Assembly (NCBI GenBank): GCA_045545475.1
Contig: JAZQAZ010000023.1
Location: forward strand, 32,001-96,000
Reading direction: 5' to 3'
DNA length: 64,000 nt
DNA from: Clostridia bacterium
GTDB lineage: Bacteria; Bacillota; Clostridia; CAKSNL01; HGM11501
In this document: positions 40,840-50,602 of the stretch, in pieces
Layout of the letters: each line of letters starts with the position of its first letter
Numbering within the stretch: position 1 is the stretch's first letter
The notes under the pieces: model-generated
What the model was told of the DNA's origin: nothing
Database searches by the model: none
The model's input: the letters and a program-made list of their open reading frames with translations, nothing else
Made by a program: the position numbers and the translations under genes

Positions 40840-41771
40840 AGACAGCTTTAACAGAATTTGCGAAAAAGGTTGGTGCTGACGGCGTTGGCTTTGCTCCAGT
40901 TGACCGTTTCGGTGAAAACTCCGTTATAAAGGAAATTATGCCCGAAGCAAAAACAGTTATCGGTCTTTTGTTCCGAGTTCTCCGCGGCTCTTACCGTGGT
41001 GTTGAAGAAGGAACAACCTATTATCAGTATTCCACCATGGGCGTTGAAACTATTGAAGAAACAGTTATGCCCATGACAAGCCTCCGTGTTTGTAACTTCC
41101 TTGAAGAAGAAGGCTTCCTTGCCCTTCCTCAGCGAAGAATCCAGACCGTTATGGCAGCAGATGACGACACAAATCCCGAAATGGACTACACCTCAATTTA
41201 CAAGGGCGTTAAGAATGAGCTTCAGATGGACTTTGACGAAGCGGCTGTTCTTACAGGTCTTGGCGAAAGAGGACTTCACGGCAAGGTGCTTAACGAAGAA
41301 TACGGTCCCTTCATCCGTTACTGCTTCGTATTGACCGACGCCGAAATCGAAGGCGACGAGGTAAAAACTCCCTCCCTTTGCGATAAGTGCGGTAAATGTA
41401 TCGCTGCCTGCCCCGGTAAGGCAATCGACAAGGACGGTAAACTCGATAACTGGAAGTGCACAGTTTACTATAACGGTGCCTGCGGTCTTAAAAACCCCTT
41501 TATGCCTCCCGATGCTTTTTCAGACCTTCCCGACAGACTCCAGATCATTGCCGGCGAAGCTGACATAACACCCGAGCGTGCAAAGGAAATACTGGAAGAA
41601 ATCCACTTCTATCCTGCAATCAAACACAACTACTCTCCCTCAATCTGCGGCAGAGCCTGCGATATGGCTTGCTATGTCCACTTAGAAGAAAAGGGCGTAC
41701 TTAAGAAAAAGTTCAATACACCCTTCAGAAAGAGAGAAGAGTGGAGGTTTGACTTAAATGATTTTCGCTAA
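40836..41771 (+). CDS. QueG/RdhA-like protein (paralogue 3)
   Basis: ATGA overlap with previous gene; GLGERGLHGKVLNEEYGPFIR...TDAEI, CDKCGKCIAACP, WKC, CGRACDMAC. Confidence 0.8.
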   Translation: MKTALTEFAKKVGADGVGFAPVDRFGENSVIKEIMPEAKTVIGLLFRVLRGSYRGVEEGTTYYQYSTMGVETIEETVMPMTSLRVCNFLEEEGFLALPQRRIQTVMAADDDTNPEMDYTSIYKGVKNELQMDFDEAAVLTGLGERGLHGKVLNEEYGPFIRYCFVLTDAEIEGDEVKTPSLCDKCGKCIAACPGKAIDKDGKLDNWKCTVYYNGACGLKNPFMPPDAFSDLPDRLQIIAGEADITPERAKEILEEIHFYPAIKHNYSPSICGRACDMACYVHLEEKGVLKKKFNTPFRKREEWRFDLNDFR

Positions 41772-43464
41772 TTTTTACGGCATAAATGACAGAGGCGAAG
41801 TAGTTGACGCCATAATCACTCAGAAGGACAATGTGGTAACCCTTACCATTCCCAAGGAAAGGGTTATGCCCTGTCAGTATCTTGATATACATTCTCCCTA
41901 TTTCACCGCGAAAGCAGGAGAAGAAGGCTATTTCTTTTCTTCTCCCATTCAGCGACAGGGCATTATAACCCGATTTAAATCGCAGGGAGATTTTACTCTC
42001 TGTTCCGATGAGAATCCCACCCTTTTAATCGGTGCAAAGCGTGATAATTTCAGCATAATTGCCTATCCCGAGGGCATGAGATATGATATGTCAGAGGCTC
42101 TCTGGACAAAGGATAACGAATATAACCTTTGCTACAGAGTCCGCCTCGGCGGAGATTCTCCCTATGAAGATATATCCGTTAACTTCTACCTCTTACCTAA
42201 AGGAACGGAATATTCCGAAATGGCAGTTTATTACAGAAATCTCCTTCTTTCAAAGGGGATAATAAAGCCTATAACGGAGAAATCAAAAGAAAGAGCAGCC
42301 GTTGCCTATGCAAAGGATGCTCCCGAAATCAGAATCCGTATGGGGTGGAAGCCTGCTCCCTCTCCCGTTGCAGATCAGACATTGGAGAACGAACCTCCTA
42401 TGCACGTTGCCTGCACCTTCCGAGATGTTATGAAGTTTATTGACGAGCTGAAAAAAGCAGGCGTAGACAAAGCACAGCTTTGTCTGGTTGGCTGGAACAA
42501 ATCCGGTCACGACGGAAGATGGCCCGATGCCTTTCCCGTTGAGCCTCTTTTAGGCGGAGAAGAAGGTCTTCGTGAGCTTATAAGCTATGCTAAAGCAAAT
42601 GGTTATGCCATAGTATGTCACACAAACTCCACCGATGCTTATCCCATCTCTCCCAAAACCGAGGGAAATCTGGTTTTGAATGAGCAGGGCAAGGAACACG
42701 AAGGCGGTGTATGGAGTGGCGGAAGAGCAAGAAGACTTTGCCCCAAAAAAGCTTTGGAATTCGGCAAGGAAATCCTTCCGAAAGTTGCCGATTTAGGATT
42801 TTCGGGACTTCACTACATTGACGTTTTAGCCGTAATTTCACCAATGAAATGTGCAAATCCCGCACATCCCGTATCAAGAAGAGAAACCGTTTCCTACTAT
42901 AAGGAGCTTATGGGTATGTGTCACGAGCTTTTCGGTGGCTTTGCATCGGAAGGTGCTTATGACTTTGCCGAAGAATATGTTGACTACGGATTTTACATTT
43001 CAAATAACCGTCCTCCCCATCCTCTGGCAGATGAATACATCCCCCTCTGGGAGCTTATCTACCACGGATTTATACTCTACAATGTTTCAACCTCAACGGT
43101 AAATGTAAACATAAGAGATATTAACGACCAGTTGATGTTCACAGAATACGGCGGAAGGTTAAGCTATTATGTTTATCAGAAATTCATCACCGCCACAGCT
43201 TCAAACACCAACTGGCTTGGCAAGGATGACCTTACATTAGACGGCGAAGAAATGGCAAAAACCGTTGCCGTTATCAAGGAAGGCTATGAGAAACACAAAA
43301 AGTATTTCAGCCTTCAGGAAGTTACTATGGATAAGCACGAAATAAAGGGCGATGTCCGCATTGTAACCTTCGGCAACGGCACAAAATTAATCGTAAACTA
43401 CGGCGATAATGAATACGTTGACGGAAATATAACCGTCGGTGCAAAGGATTATCTGTACGTATGA
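41758..43464 (+). CDS. Cytoplasmic GH101/GH129-like (DUF5696-type) glycoside hydrolase
   Basis: GWNKSGHDGRWP, LGGEEGL, HTNSTDAY, HYIDV, ASEG resemble the alpha-GalNAc-ase barrel; no signal peptide; 14-nt overlap with upstream gene. Confidence 0.65.
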   Translation: MIFANFYGINDRGEVVDAIITQKDNVVTLTIPKERVMPCQYLDIHSPYFTAKAGEEGYFFSSPIQRQGIITRFKSQGDFTLCSDENPTLLIGAKRDNFSIIAYPEGMRYDMSEALWTKDNEYNLCYRVRLGGDSPYEDISVNFYLLPKGTEYSEMAVYYRNLLLSKGIIKPITEKSKERAAVAYAKDAPEIRIRMGWKPAPSPVADQTLENEPPMHVACTFRDVMKFIDELKKAGVDKAQLCLVGWNKSGHDGRWPDAFPVEPLLGGEEGLRELISYAKANGYAIVCHTNSTDAYPISPKTEGNLVLNEQGKEHEGGVWSGGRARRLCPKKALEFGKEILPKVADLGFSGLHYIDVLAVISPMKCANPAHPVSRRETVSYYKELMGMCHELFGGFASEGAYDFAEEYVDYGFYISNNRPPHPLADEYIPLWELIYHGFILYNVSTSTVNVNIRDINDQLMFTEYGGRLSYYVYQKFITATASNTNWLGKDDLTLDGEEMAKTVAVIKEGYEKHKKYFSLQEVTMDKHEIKGDVRIVTFGNGTKLIVNYGDNEYVDGNITVGAKDYLYV

Positions 43465-43466
43465 CA

Positions 43467-43492
43467 AAAAGCACCGCTACGGCGGTGCTTTT
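43467..43492 (+). terminator. Terminator of U32/QueG-like operon
   Basis: aaaagcaccgc-tacg-gcggtgctttt. Confidence 0.85.
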
Positions 43493-43541
43493 ATCTGCTT
43501 GTGCAGAAGCTTGACGGAATATGGTATTCTTTCGTTTTTAT

Positions 43542-43570
43542 AAAAAAGAGGGCTAAAAGCCCTCTTTTTT
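43542..43570 (-). terminator. Terminator
   Basis: aaaaaagagggct-aaa-agccctctttttt. Confidence 0.85.
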
Positions 43571-43575
43571 ATATT

Positions 43576-44451
43576 TTACTCTAAAACAGGTTGTCTCCAC
43601 ATTGTTCCGTCAGCGAATAATACATCGGTTATGCCTAAAAAGCGTATATATTCACAATTTATTCCCGTAAGATCATCTGTGAGATCTACATAGTAACCTT
43701 CAGCCACCTCATATGGAGCTAAATTTTCTCCTGTTACTTCCGCACCAGTATATCCTTCTCTGTCTTTTACAGGATTTTTGTACGAATCATAGTAATCTAA
43801 AGTGAATCTGAAAGCGGTTATTTGTCGTCCCGTCTCATTTACCAAATCATACTCAAACAATAAATCACCGTTATTCATTTCAACGAACTCTTGATTTATA
43901 AGTGAAATAGGTGCATAATCTGTATCAGCTGTAATATAAAGGGTATTATCAACAAAGGTATTGGTCCATCCAAATTGGCGTGTCCAGCTCCACGTCATAG
44001 GAAAGTAGAGTACATTATTGCAATTGTAAACAGGATATTGCTCAAATGCATTCACAAAAAGAACGCCGCCGACTGTTATTCTTCCGGTTGCAAGCGTTGC
44101 TTTTGCTGTCAACGGTTTCGCACTTCTACTTATATTCGGAAGATATTCTGCACAGTCATAACCGTATGTAATAGCATTACCTTCTGTGCTTGTCCATGTG
44201 TTCATAAGCCCGAGGGTTGCGCAATCATTATATGTCATAGGAAAGTAGGTTATATCATTGTAAACATAAAACGGATATTCTCTGTATTTGTTTGCTTCCG
44301 TATCAACAACATATCCGTTGATAACTATGTCAAAGGATGGACGTGTGAACGTAACAGTTTGTTCGGGAGCGGCTTTTACTGTAAAACATGATATTGCAAT
44401 GGTAGCAGCCAAAACCGTTGCGGCTGTAAGAATTTTCGAAAAAATTTTCAT
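43576..44451 (-). CDS. Secreted hypothetical protein with duplicated YP..V....YFPMT motif
   Basis: Signal peptide (VKA-A); two motifs 80 aa apart; own promoter TTGACA-17-TAATAT at 44522-44550. Confidence 0.75.
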   Translation of the reverse strand: MKIFSKILTAATVLAATIAISCFTVKAAPEQTVTFTRPSFDIVINGYVVDTEANKYREYPFYVYNDITYFPMTYNDCATLGLMNTWTSTEGNAITYGYDCAEYLPNISRSAKPLTAKATLATGRITVGGVLFVNAFEQYPVYNCNNVLYFPMTWSWTRQFGWTNTFVDNTLYITADTDYAPISLINQEFVEMNNGDLLFEYDLVNETGRQITAFRFTLDYYDSYKNPVKDREGYTGAEVTGENLAPYEVAEGYYVDLTDDLTGINCEYIRFLGITDVLFADGTMWRQPVLE

Positions 44452-44682
44452 TTCATTCCCTCCAATAATATATTTTTGTTAGCTTTACCGCACGTACTGC
44501 GATAATCAATATTCTAAATAAATATTAGCACATATGTATTTTTTTGTCAACAACAGATGGGATTAAATCGCAAAAATGTTTTATTTCCGAATTTGCAAAT
44601 TATAATTCTGCGGTGCTTTTTTCTTGACATATCTCATCTTTTGCATTAAAATATACTGTAATATTTTTAAGGACGGTTTTTT

Positions 44683-45540
44683 ATGCACGAAATTTTGCAC
44701 ATTCTGGAGCATGCTTTTATTGACACATTAAAGGTGCTCCCATCACTTTTTTTAATTTATCTTTTAATTGAATATTTAGAGCATAAGAATAACAACAAAG
44801 CTCACCACCTTTTTATGAAATCGGAAAAGGCAGGTCCCTTATTTGGCGGACTTTTCGGATGCATCCCCCAATGCGGATTTTCCGTTATCGCATCGGAGCT
44901 TTACTCAAAGCGATTTATCTCCCTCGGCACATTGCTTGCTGTATTCATCGCAACAAGCGACGAGGCAATCCCCCTGCTTCTTTCAGAGCCTTCCTTATGG
45001 GCGAAAATGCTTATGCTGATATTGGCAAAATTTATTTTTGCAGTGCTTTTCGGCTTTCTAATTGATTTATTCATAAGAAAAAAGCAGCACGTCCATCATC
45101 ACCACTGCGAGGAAGAACACCATGAGCATCACCACTATCACGGCAACTGCGAAAGCTGTCACGACGGAATACTTAAATCCACACTTATCCACGTGGTTAA
45201 AATTTTCGCATTTATTTTCCTGATTTCCGTAATCTTAGGTTTTATGATGGAATATGTTCCAAAGGAAATGCTTTCCGTAAATAAATTTCTTCAGCCCTTT
45301 ATCGCACCCGTCATCGGTCTTATCCCCAACTGTGCGGCATCGGTGCTTTTGACCGAGCTTTACATAGAAGGAATAATAACCCTTTCATCCTTAATCGGCG
45401 GTCTTTGTGCCGGTGCAGGAGTCGGCTTGATTGTTCTTTTCCGCCTTAACAAAAACTTAAAGGAAAACCTTTCTGTAGTATTGCTTCTTTATTTAATTGG
45501 TACACTTACCGCAATGGTTCTCACATTTTTCGGAATATAA
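44683..45540 (+). CDS. Putative metal (Mn/Zn) permease with His-rich loop
   Basis: About 8 TM helices, GCIPQCG and GLIPNC half-repeat motifs, ATSDEA, HVHHHHCEEEHHEHHHYH; promoter TTGACA-17-TAAAAT at 44624-44652. Confidence 0.75.
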   Translation: MHEILHILEHAFIDTLKVLPSLFLIYLLIEYLEHKNNNKAHHLFMKSEKAGPLFGGLFGCIPQCGFSVIASELYSKRFISLGTLLAVFIATSDEAIPLLLSEPSLWAKMLMLILAKFIFAVLFGFLIDLFIRKKQHVHHHHCEEEHHEHHHYHGNCESCHDGILKSTLIHVVKIFAFIFLISVILGFMMEYVPKEMLSVNKFLQPFIAPVIGLIPNCAASVLLTELYIEGIITLSSLIGGLCAGAGVGLIVLFRLNKNLKENLSVVLLLYLIGTLTAMVLTFFGI

Positions 45541-45574
45541 CAATTAAAATCGCTGTTATCAAGGAGGATTCATA

Positions 45575-46930
45575 ATGAAAAAACTTTTTTCGTTGCTCGT
45601 TGCTGTTTTAATTTTAGCAAGCTCGTTTCAAATAGTTACTTCTGCAGGCGAAAACGTGAATGTTATAATAGACGAAGATGTTCTTTCTTTTGATGTTGCC
45701 CCCCAAATAATAAACGGTCGCACTATGGTTCCGCTCCGAGGAATTTTTGAGTATTTCGGAGCTGAGGTTACCTGGAATCAGAACTTACAGTCAATCCGTT
45801 CAACTTTGGGCAATGTTTCAATTTTCATGCAGGTAGGAAATCAAGAGGCCGTAATAAACGGTAATTCTGTTATTCTTGACTCACCTCCCATCATAACAAA
45901 CGGAAGAACTTTAGTCCCGGTTCGTGTCATCGCCGAAGCTTTTTCTGCCAAGGTTTCATGGGATGGGGAAACAAAAACCGTAATAATAGAAACACCTTAT
46001 CCGAAAAGCAAAAACAAACCGGCTTCAGACTTTGACAAATATCACCTTCGCACATCCTATGGAGATTTCGAATATTTTGACATCTCCATAAGTGCAAACA
46101 AGCTTAAAATATCCGGTAAACTTAAAGACCAGACCAAGGACAGCATACTCATAAAAATCGGAGAAATAAATGAATCCATCGAAAAGGGAAATAAGGGAAT
46201 ATTTAACGCCACGTTAAATTTAGACAAGGCTAAAATATCAGACTTTGCACTTCTTTCAATATACACAAACATTCCGGGAACATATCAATATATCTCCTAC
46301 ACTTTTGATACAATTAAAATAATAAATTCCGGAAAAGATTATTTCTTTGAAGAGCCCCTGGTTTATGACAATAATTTATCTTTATCGGGAAAGTGGGCAA
46401 CTCCCCTTGCCTATACAAACTATGAAATCGACGAACGCATAGTTACACTTTCCAATGAGATATGTAAAGACGCCGAAACCGACTATGAAAAGCTTTTGGC
46501 TCTCCACACCTGGGTTTGCGAAAACATATATTACGATTTTGACTATTATTATGACAAATCCAACAATCTTTATTATTCGGATGTTGAAGTTTTAGATGCA
46601 AAGCGAACCGTTTGTGCCGGATATACTAATATATTACTTTCGCTGATTCGTGCACAGAAAATTCCCGCAAGAAGCATTTCGGGTTATGCCCTGGGGCTTG
46701 GCAGCAGCGTTCATTTCTGGGAAGACACTTCTGCTGATGTGAAAACTTCCAACCATGCATGGATTCAGGCCTATGCTGACAATCGCTGGATTAATATTGA
46801 TGCAACATGGGACAGTGGCAACAAGTACGAAAACGGCCAGTTCAAATACGGAGGCATTGAAAACTATCTCCATTTCGACATATCCGACGCCATGCTGGCA
46901 ATGGATCACAAATTCATCAGAGTTGAATAA
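45575..46930 (+). CDS. Secreted stalk-domain + transglutaminase-like cysteine protease
   Basis: GRTMVPLR/GRTLVPVR; catalytic triad VCAGY, NHAW, IDATWD. Confidence 0.88.
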   Translation: MKKLFSLLVAVLILASSFQIVTSAGENVNVIIDEDVLSFDVAPQIINGRTMVPLRGIFEYFGAEVTWNQNLQSIRSTLGNVSIFMQVGNQEAVINGNSVILDSPPIITNGRTLVPVRVIAEAFSAKVSWDGETKTVIIETPYPKSKNKPASDFDKYHLRTSYGDFEYFDISISANKLKISGKLKDQTKDSILIKIGEINESIEKGNKGIFNATLNLDKAKISDFALLSIYTNIPGTYQYISYTFDTIKIINSGKDYFFEEPLVYDNNLSLSGKWATPLAYTNYEIDERIVTLSNEICKDAETDYEKLLALHTWVCENIYYDFDYYYDKSNNLYYSDVEVLDAKRTVCAGYTNILLSLIRAQKIPARSISGYALGLGSSVHFWEDTSADVKTSNHAWIQAYADNRWINIDATWDSGNKYENGQFKYGGIENYLHFDISDAMLAMDHKFIRVE

Positions 46931-46968
46931 AAATAAGCTGAAGGCGAAAGCCTTCAGCTTATTTTTTT
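46929..46968. terminator. Bidirectional terminator
   Basis: aaaaataagctgaaggc-gaaa-gccttcagcttattttt. Confidence 0.9.
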
Positions 46969-47347
46969 ATTTTCTTTGTTTAATAACTTCTTCCGTGTAT
47001 GCCAGTATAGCGTTTGCAACCTCTCTTCTGAAAGGTCTTTCAACGGAAACCGTTCCTTCGTAAAATAGCGGAAATCCATTTTGCTCTGCCAGCCTGTTTA
47101 AAACATTTACCGCTGTTATGACGCTGTCATGATTCATGGTTCTTTTTTTATCCATTTCCATAACCATCGATTGATAGTCACTAAGGCCGAGAATTTCGGA
47201 ATTATAAATCTTCACCTTGGTTTCCATAGCATAAATGGCTCTGTGATAATCTTCAAAGGTCTGAAGCTGATCGAAAATTATTTCCAGCATCATCTTATCG
47301 TCCTTATATACATTTATGAGTTTATCTAAAGTCTCCTTATTTATCAT
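46967..47347 (-). CDS. DUF3232-like small helical protein
   Basis: MDKKRTMNHDSVITAVNVLNRLA, RREVA pattern. Confidence 0.65.
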   Translation of the reverse strand: MINKETLDKLINVYKDDKMMLEIIFDQLQTFEDYHRAIYAMETKVKIYNSEILGLSDYQSMVMEMDKKRTMNHDSVITAVNVLNRLAEQNGFPLFYEGTVSVERPFRREVANAILAYTEEVIKQRK

Positions 47348-47358
47348 ACTTTACCTCC

Positions 47359-49314
47359 TTATTTTGTACGCTCAGATATGTATCCTTTTTTATATGCCTC
47401 AAGCAGTTCTTTAAGAATCTCTCTTCGCTCTGCTATCCTTTTACCGTTATCTGTATCTCCCACCATCATTCTTTTCGGGAACTCCTCAATCATAATTTTA
47501 TCCGAATGCAGGTCAAAATCCTTTTCAATTACATCTGCAATTGAAGTAAAGCTCTGATGCTCCGTTATGGAAAATCCGTAGGAATTACTTATCAGCGTAT
47601 AGCCTGCAATACCGGTGGTTTTTCTGTAAGCTTTAGAAAAGCCTCCGTCAATTACATAAAGCTTTCCGCCTGCTTTTATGGGGCTTTCCCCTTTTTTACG
47701 TTTTACGGGAACATGACCGTTTATTATATGTCCGCTGTCAGGATTAAGCGAAAACTCGGACAAAATCATGCGGCATATTTCCTCGTTATCATTATAACGG
47801 TAATACGGATTTTTCTCCTCACTAAGAAGTTGTTTTTCGCCTGTAAAATATGTTTCAAAGGCAGCAGATTTCTCCTTTCCGTAAAGCGGTGAAAGCTTAC
47901 CGCACCAAAGATACCACAAAAAGTCAGTTTTTTCTTCTTCCTTTGAAAAATACGCTTCCCTCACAAGTTTATCCGCTTTGTCAAGGTAGGCTTTTCCGCT
48001 TAATATTTCTTCTCCTATCTTAAATTTTGAAAGTCCGCCCGCTTCATTCATGGGAATACAGCCGTGGAACAAAAGATTTCCGTTGAATATTTTATACATT
48101 CCGCCGTTGTTTATCATGAATCTTATGTGCTTTTGCAACTTCTCACTGTGAAGAAACGAACGCTTAAGAGACTTCATCACCTTCTCTTCTTCCTTCGTCA
48201 GTTTAAGAGGATTTTCCCTGTCAACAGTGGGAAAGCTTTTATCTGTAAGGGAATATGTTTTTCCGCCAATGGCAATTTCGCCATTTTCATAATCAATTTT
48301 TTTAAGCATTACCCTGTCGGACATATCATATTCGGGATGTTTTTCAATTATCTTTCCCTCAAGCTTGAACTGTATAACCGATATAGCTTTATGCATTTTT
48401 GCGGTAAGTCCCGCATCTCGTCCTTTCATCACATGTTTTTCGGAATCAAGTGGCATAAAGTTTTCACAAAGGTCATCTTTATAAACTTCCGTGGCAAAGG
48501 AAGAAAGCATTCTTGTGTTTATTCCGTAGCCTATTTCAATTACGTCAAAATTATTATATCTTAAAGAATTTCTTACCACATTACAAATCAGTGCCTCGTT
48601 TCCAGATGCCGCACCGATCCACTCAATATCATGATTTCCCCACTGCATATCAATGGAGTGATAGCCAATAAGTTCTTCCATTATTATATCGGCTCTGGGG
48701 CCTCTGTCAAAAACATCTCCTAGAATGTGCAAATGGTCTACAGAAAGCCTTCTTATAAGCACGCACAAGGCAATAATCATTTCCTCTGCAAACCCTGTTT
48801 CAATTACGGAACGGATAATTTCCGCATAATACTCATGCTTGTTTATCTCTGCTTCCGGAGTGTGCAAAAGCTCCTCCATAATATAAGAAAATTCTCTGGG
48901 CATAGCCTTTCTTACTTTTGAACGGGTGTATTTTGAAGAAACGAGTCGGCAAATGGCAGAAAGCCTTTCTAAGGTGGTTTCATACCACTCGGGAGTAATA
49001 ACCTTCTTTTGCTTTAAGTAATAAAGTTTTCTTTCCGGATAATAAACCAACGTGGCAAGCTGCTCTTTTTCCTTGTCACTCATTTCAGATGCAAAAAGCA
49101 TGTTGATTTTTGTTTTTATAACTCCGGATGCATTTTTAAGAACGTGCAGAAACGCTTCATACTCGCCGTGTAAATCACTTACAAAATGCTCAGTCCCCTT
49201 TGGAAGGTTAAGGATTGCAGAAAGGTTTATAATTTCCGCTCCCACCGCTTTAATTGTAGGATAATCCTTTGACAAAAGAGTTAAATAATCAAGCTTTTCT
49301 GTTATCTCATTCAT
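47359..49314 (-). CDS. fbp: Class III fructose-1,6-bisphosphatase
   Basis: NLPKGTEHFVSDLHGEY, GDVFDRGP, QWGNHD, NGHVPV, IDGGFSKAY. Confidence 0.96.
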   Translation of the reverse strand: MNEITEKLDYLTLLSKDYPTIKAVGAEIINLSAILNLPKGTEHFVSDLHGEYEAFLHVLKNASGVIKTKINMLFASEMSDKEKEQLATLVYYPERKLYYLKQKKVITPEWYETTLERLSAICRLVSSKYTRSKVRKAMPREFSYIMEELLHTPEAEINKHEYYAEIIRSVIETGFAEEMIIALCVLIRRLSVDHLHILGDVFDRGPRADIIMEELIGYHSIDMQWGNHDIEWIGAASGNEALICNVVRNSLRYNNFDVIEIGYGINTRMLSSFATEVYKDDLCENFMPLDSEKHVMKGRDAGLTAKMHKAISVIQFKLEGKIIEKHPEYDMSDRVMLKKIDYENGEIAIGGKTYSLTDKSFPTVDRENPLKLTKEEEKVMKSLKRSFLHSEKLQKHIRFMINNGGMYKIFNGNLLFHGCIPMNEAGGLSKFKIGEEILSGKAYLDKADKLVREAYFSKEEEKTDFLWYLWCGKLSPLYGKEKSAAFETYFTGEKQLLSEEKNPYYRYNDNEEICRMILSEFSLNPDSGHIINGHVPVKRKKGESPIKAGGKLYVIDGGFSKAYRKTTGIAGYTLISNSYGFSITEHQSFTSIADVIEKDFDLHSDKIMIEEFPKRMMVGDTDNGKRIAERREILKELLEAYKKGYISERTK

Positions 49315-49552
49315 AATAATTCCTCCGTTCTTTTTTATAATAACACAAAGTAATAATTTTTTCTACATATTAATGAAAAATTTTTAAATAAATTGTTTTT
49401 ATTATTGACTTTTTCTTTAAAAACATATATTATGATATAATAGTGTATGGTGCGGATATTATGTAAACTTACAAATTCGCTTCATATAATATACCATCGG
49501 AACAGCGTTTGTTTTTATTACTGTTCCGATAAGAAAAAAGGGGGCAGATACA

Positions 49553-50602
49553 TTGGAAGAGGCTATCATTGAATTAGTTAATGTGTCTAAGGATTTTGAT
49601 GGCGAGGGTGTTTTAAAAAACATCAATCTCAAGATTAATAAACACGAATTTTTAACGCTTTTAGGTCCTTCAGGTTGCGGAAAAACCACAACTCTCAGAA
49701 TTATTGCAGGATTTGATACTCCCACAAGCGGAAACGTTTTATTTGAAGGCAAGGATATAAAGGAGATTCCTCCCTACAAAAGAAGAGTAAACACCGTTTT
49801 TCAGAAGTATGCACTTTTCCCGCATCTCAATGTTTTTGAAAACATTGCTTTCGGCCTCAGGATTAAAAAGCTTGACAAAGAAATAATAAAAGAAAAGGTA
49901 TTAAAAATGCTGGCTCTTGTTAACTTAAAGGGCTTTGAAAAGCGTGATGTTGACTCTCTTTCGGGCGGTCAGCAGCAGCGTGTTGCAATTGCAAGAGCTT
50001 TGGTTAACGAGCCTGAGGTTCTTCTTCTGGACGAGCCATTAGGTGCTCTTGACTTAAAGCTTCGTAAGGACATGCAGCTTGAACTCAAACGGATTCAGCA
50101 GGAAACCGGCATCACCTTTATTTACGTTACTCATGACCAGGAAGAAGCACTCACCATGAGTGACAGGATAGTGGTTATGAACAGCGGTAAAATTCAGCAG
50201 CTGGGTACTCCCGTTGATATTTATAACGAGCCTGAAAACGCCTTTGTTGCAGACTTTATCGGTGAAAGCAACATAATCGACGGAATTATGAAAAAAGACT
50301 GCCTTGTTTCCTTCCTTGACAGAGATGTTCCCTGCGTCGATGTAGGATTTTCGGAAAATGAACCTGTGGATGTTGTTATCCGTCCTGAAGATATTAAGCT
50401 CGGTAAAGTCGGCGAAGGAATTATTGACGGCGTTGTGAAAAGCGTAACCTTCAAAGGCGTGCATTACGAAATGATTATAGAAGCAGGCTCTTTTCCCTTT
50501 ATGGTTCACAGCACCCTTAAGGAAGAAATAGGTGCCGAGGTAAGCATTTCTGTCATTCCGTTTGATATTCACATTATGAAGAAGGTGGCCGAAGATGAGT
50601 AA
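49553..50602 (+). CDS. potA: Spermidine/putrescine ABC transporter ATPase
   Basis: [29 protein letters not shown]; TTG start. Confidence 0.93.
   Translation: MEEAIIELVNVSKDFDGEGVLKNINLKINKHEFLTLLGPSGCGKTTTLRIIAGFDTPTSGNVLFEGKDIKEIPPYKRRVNTVFQKYALFPHLNVFENIAFGLRIKKLDKEIIKEKVLKMLALVNLKGFEKRDVDSLSGGQQQRVAIARALVNEPEVLLLDEPLGALDLKLRKDMQLELKRIQQETGITFIYVTHDQEEALTMSDRIVVMNSGKIQQLGTPVDIYNEPENAFVADFIGESNIIDGIMKKDCLVSFLDRDVPCVDVGFSENEPVDVVIRPEDIKLGKVGEGIIDGVVKSVTFKGVHYEMIIEAGSFPFMVHSTLKEEIGAEVSISVIPFDIHIMKKVAEDE

Noticed and set aside
38844-41771. Respiratory reductive dehalogenase or plain queG annotation
   Set aside because: No Tat signal or rdhB anchor; three diverged copies in an AraC-linked glycosidase operon do not fit housekeeping QueG
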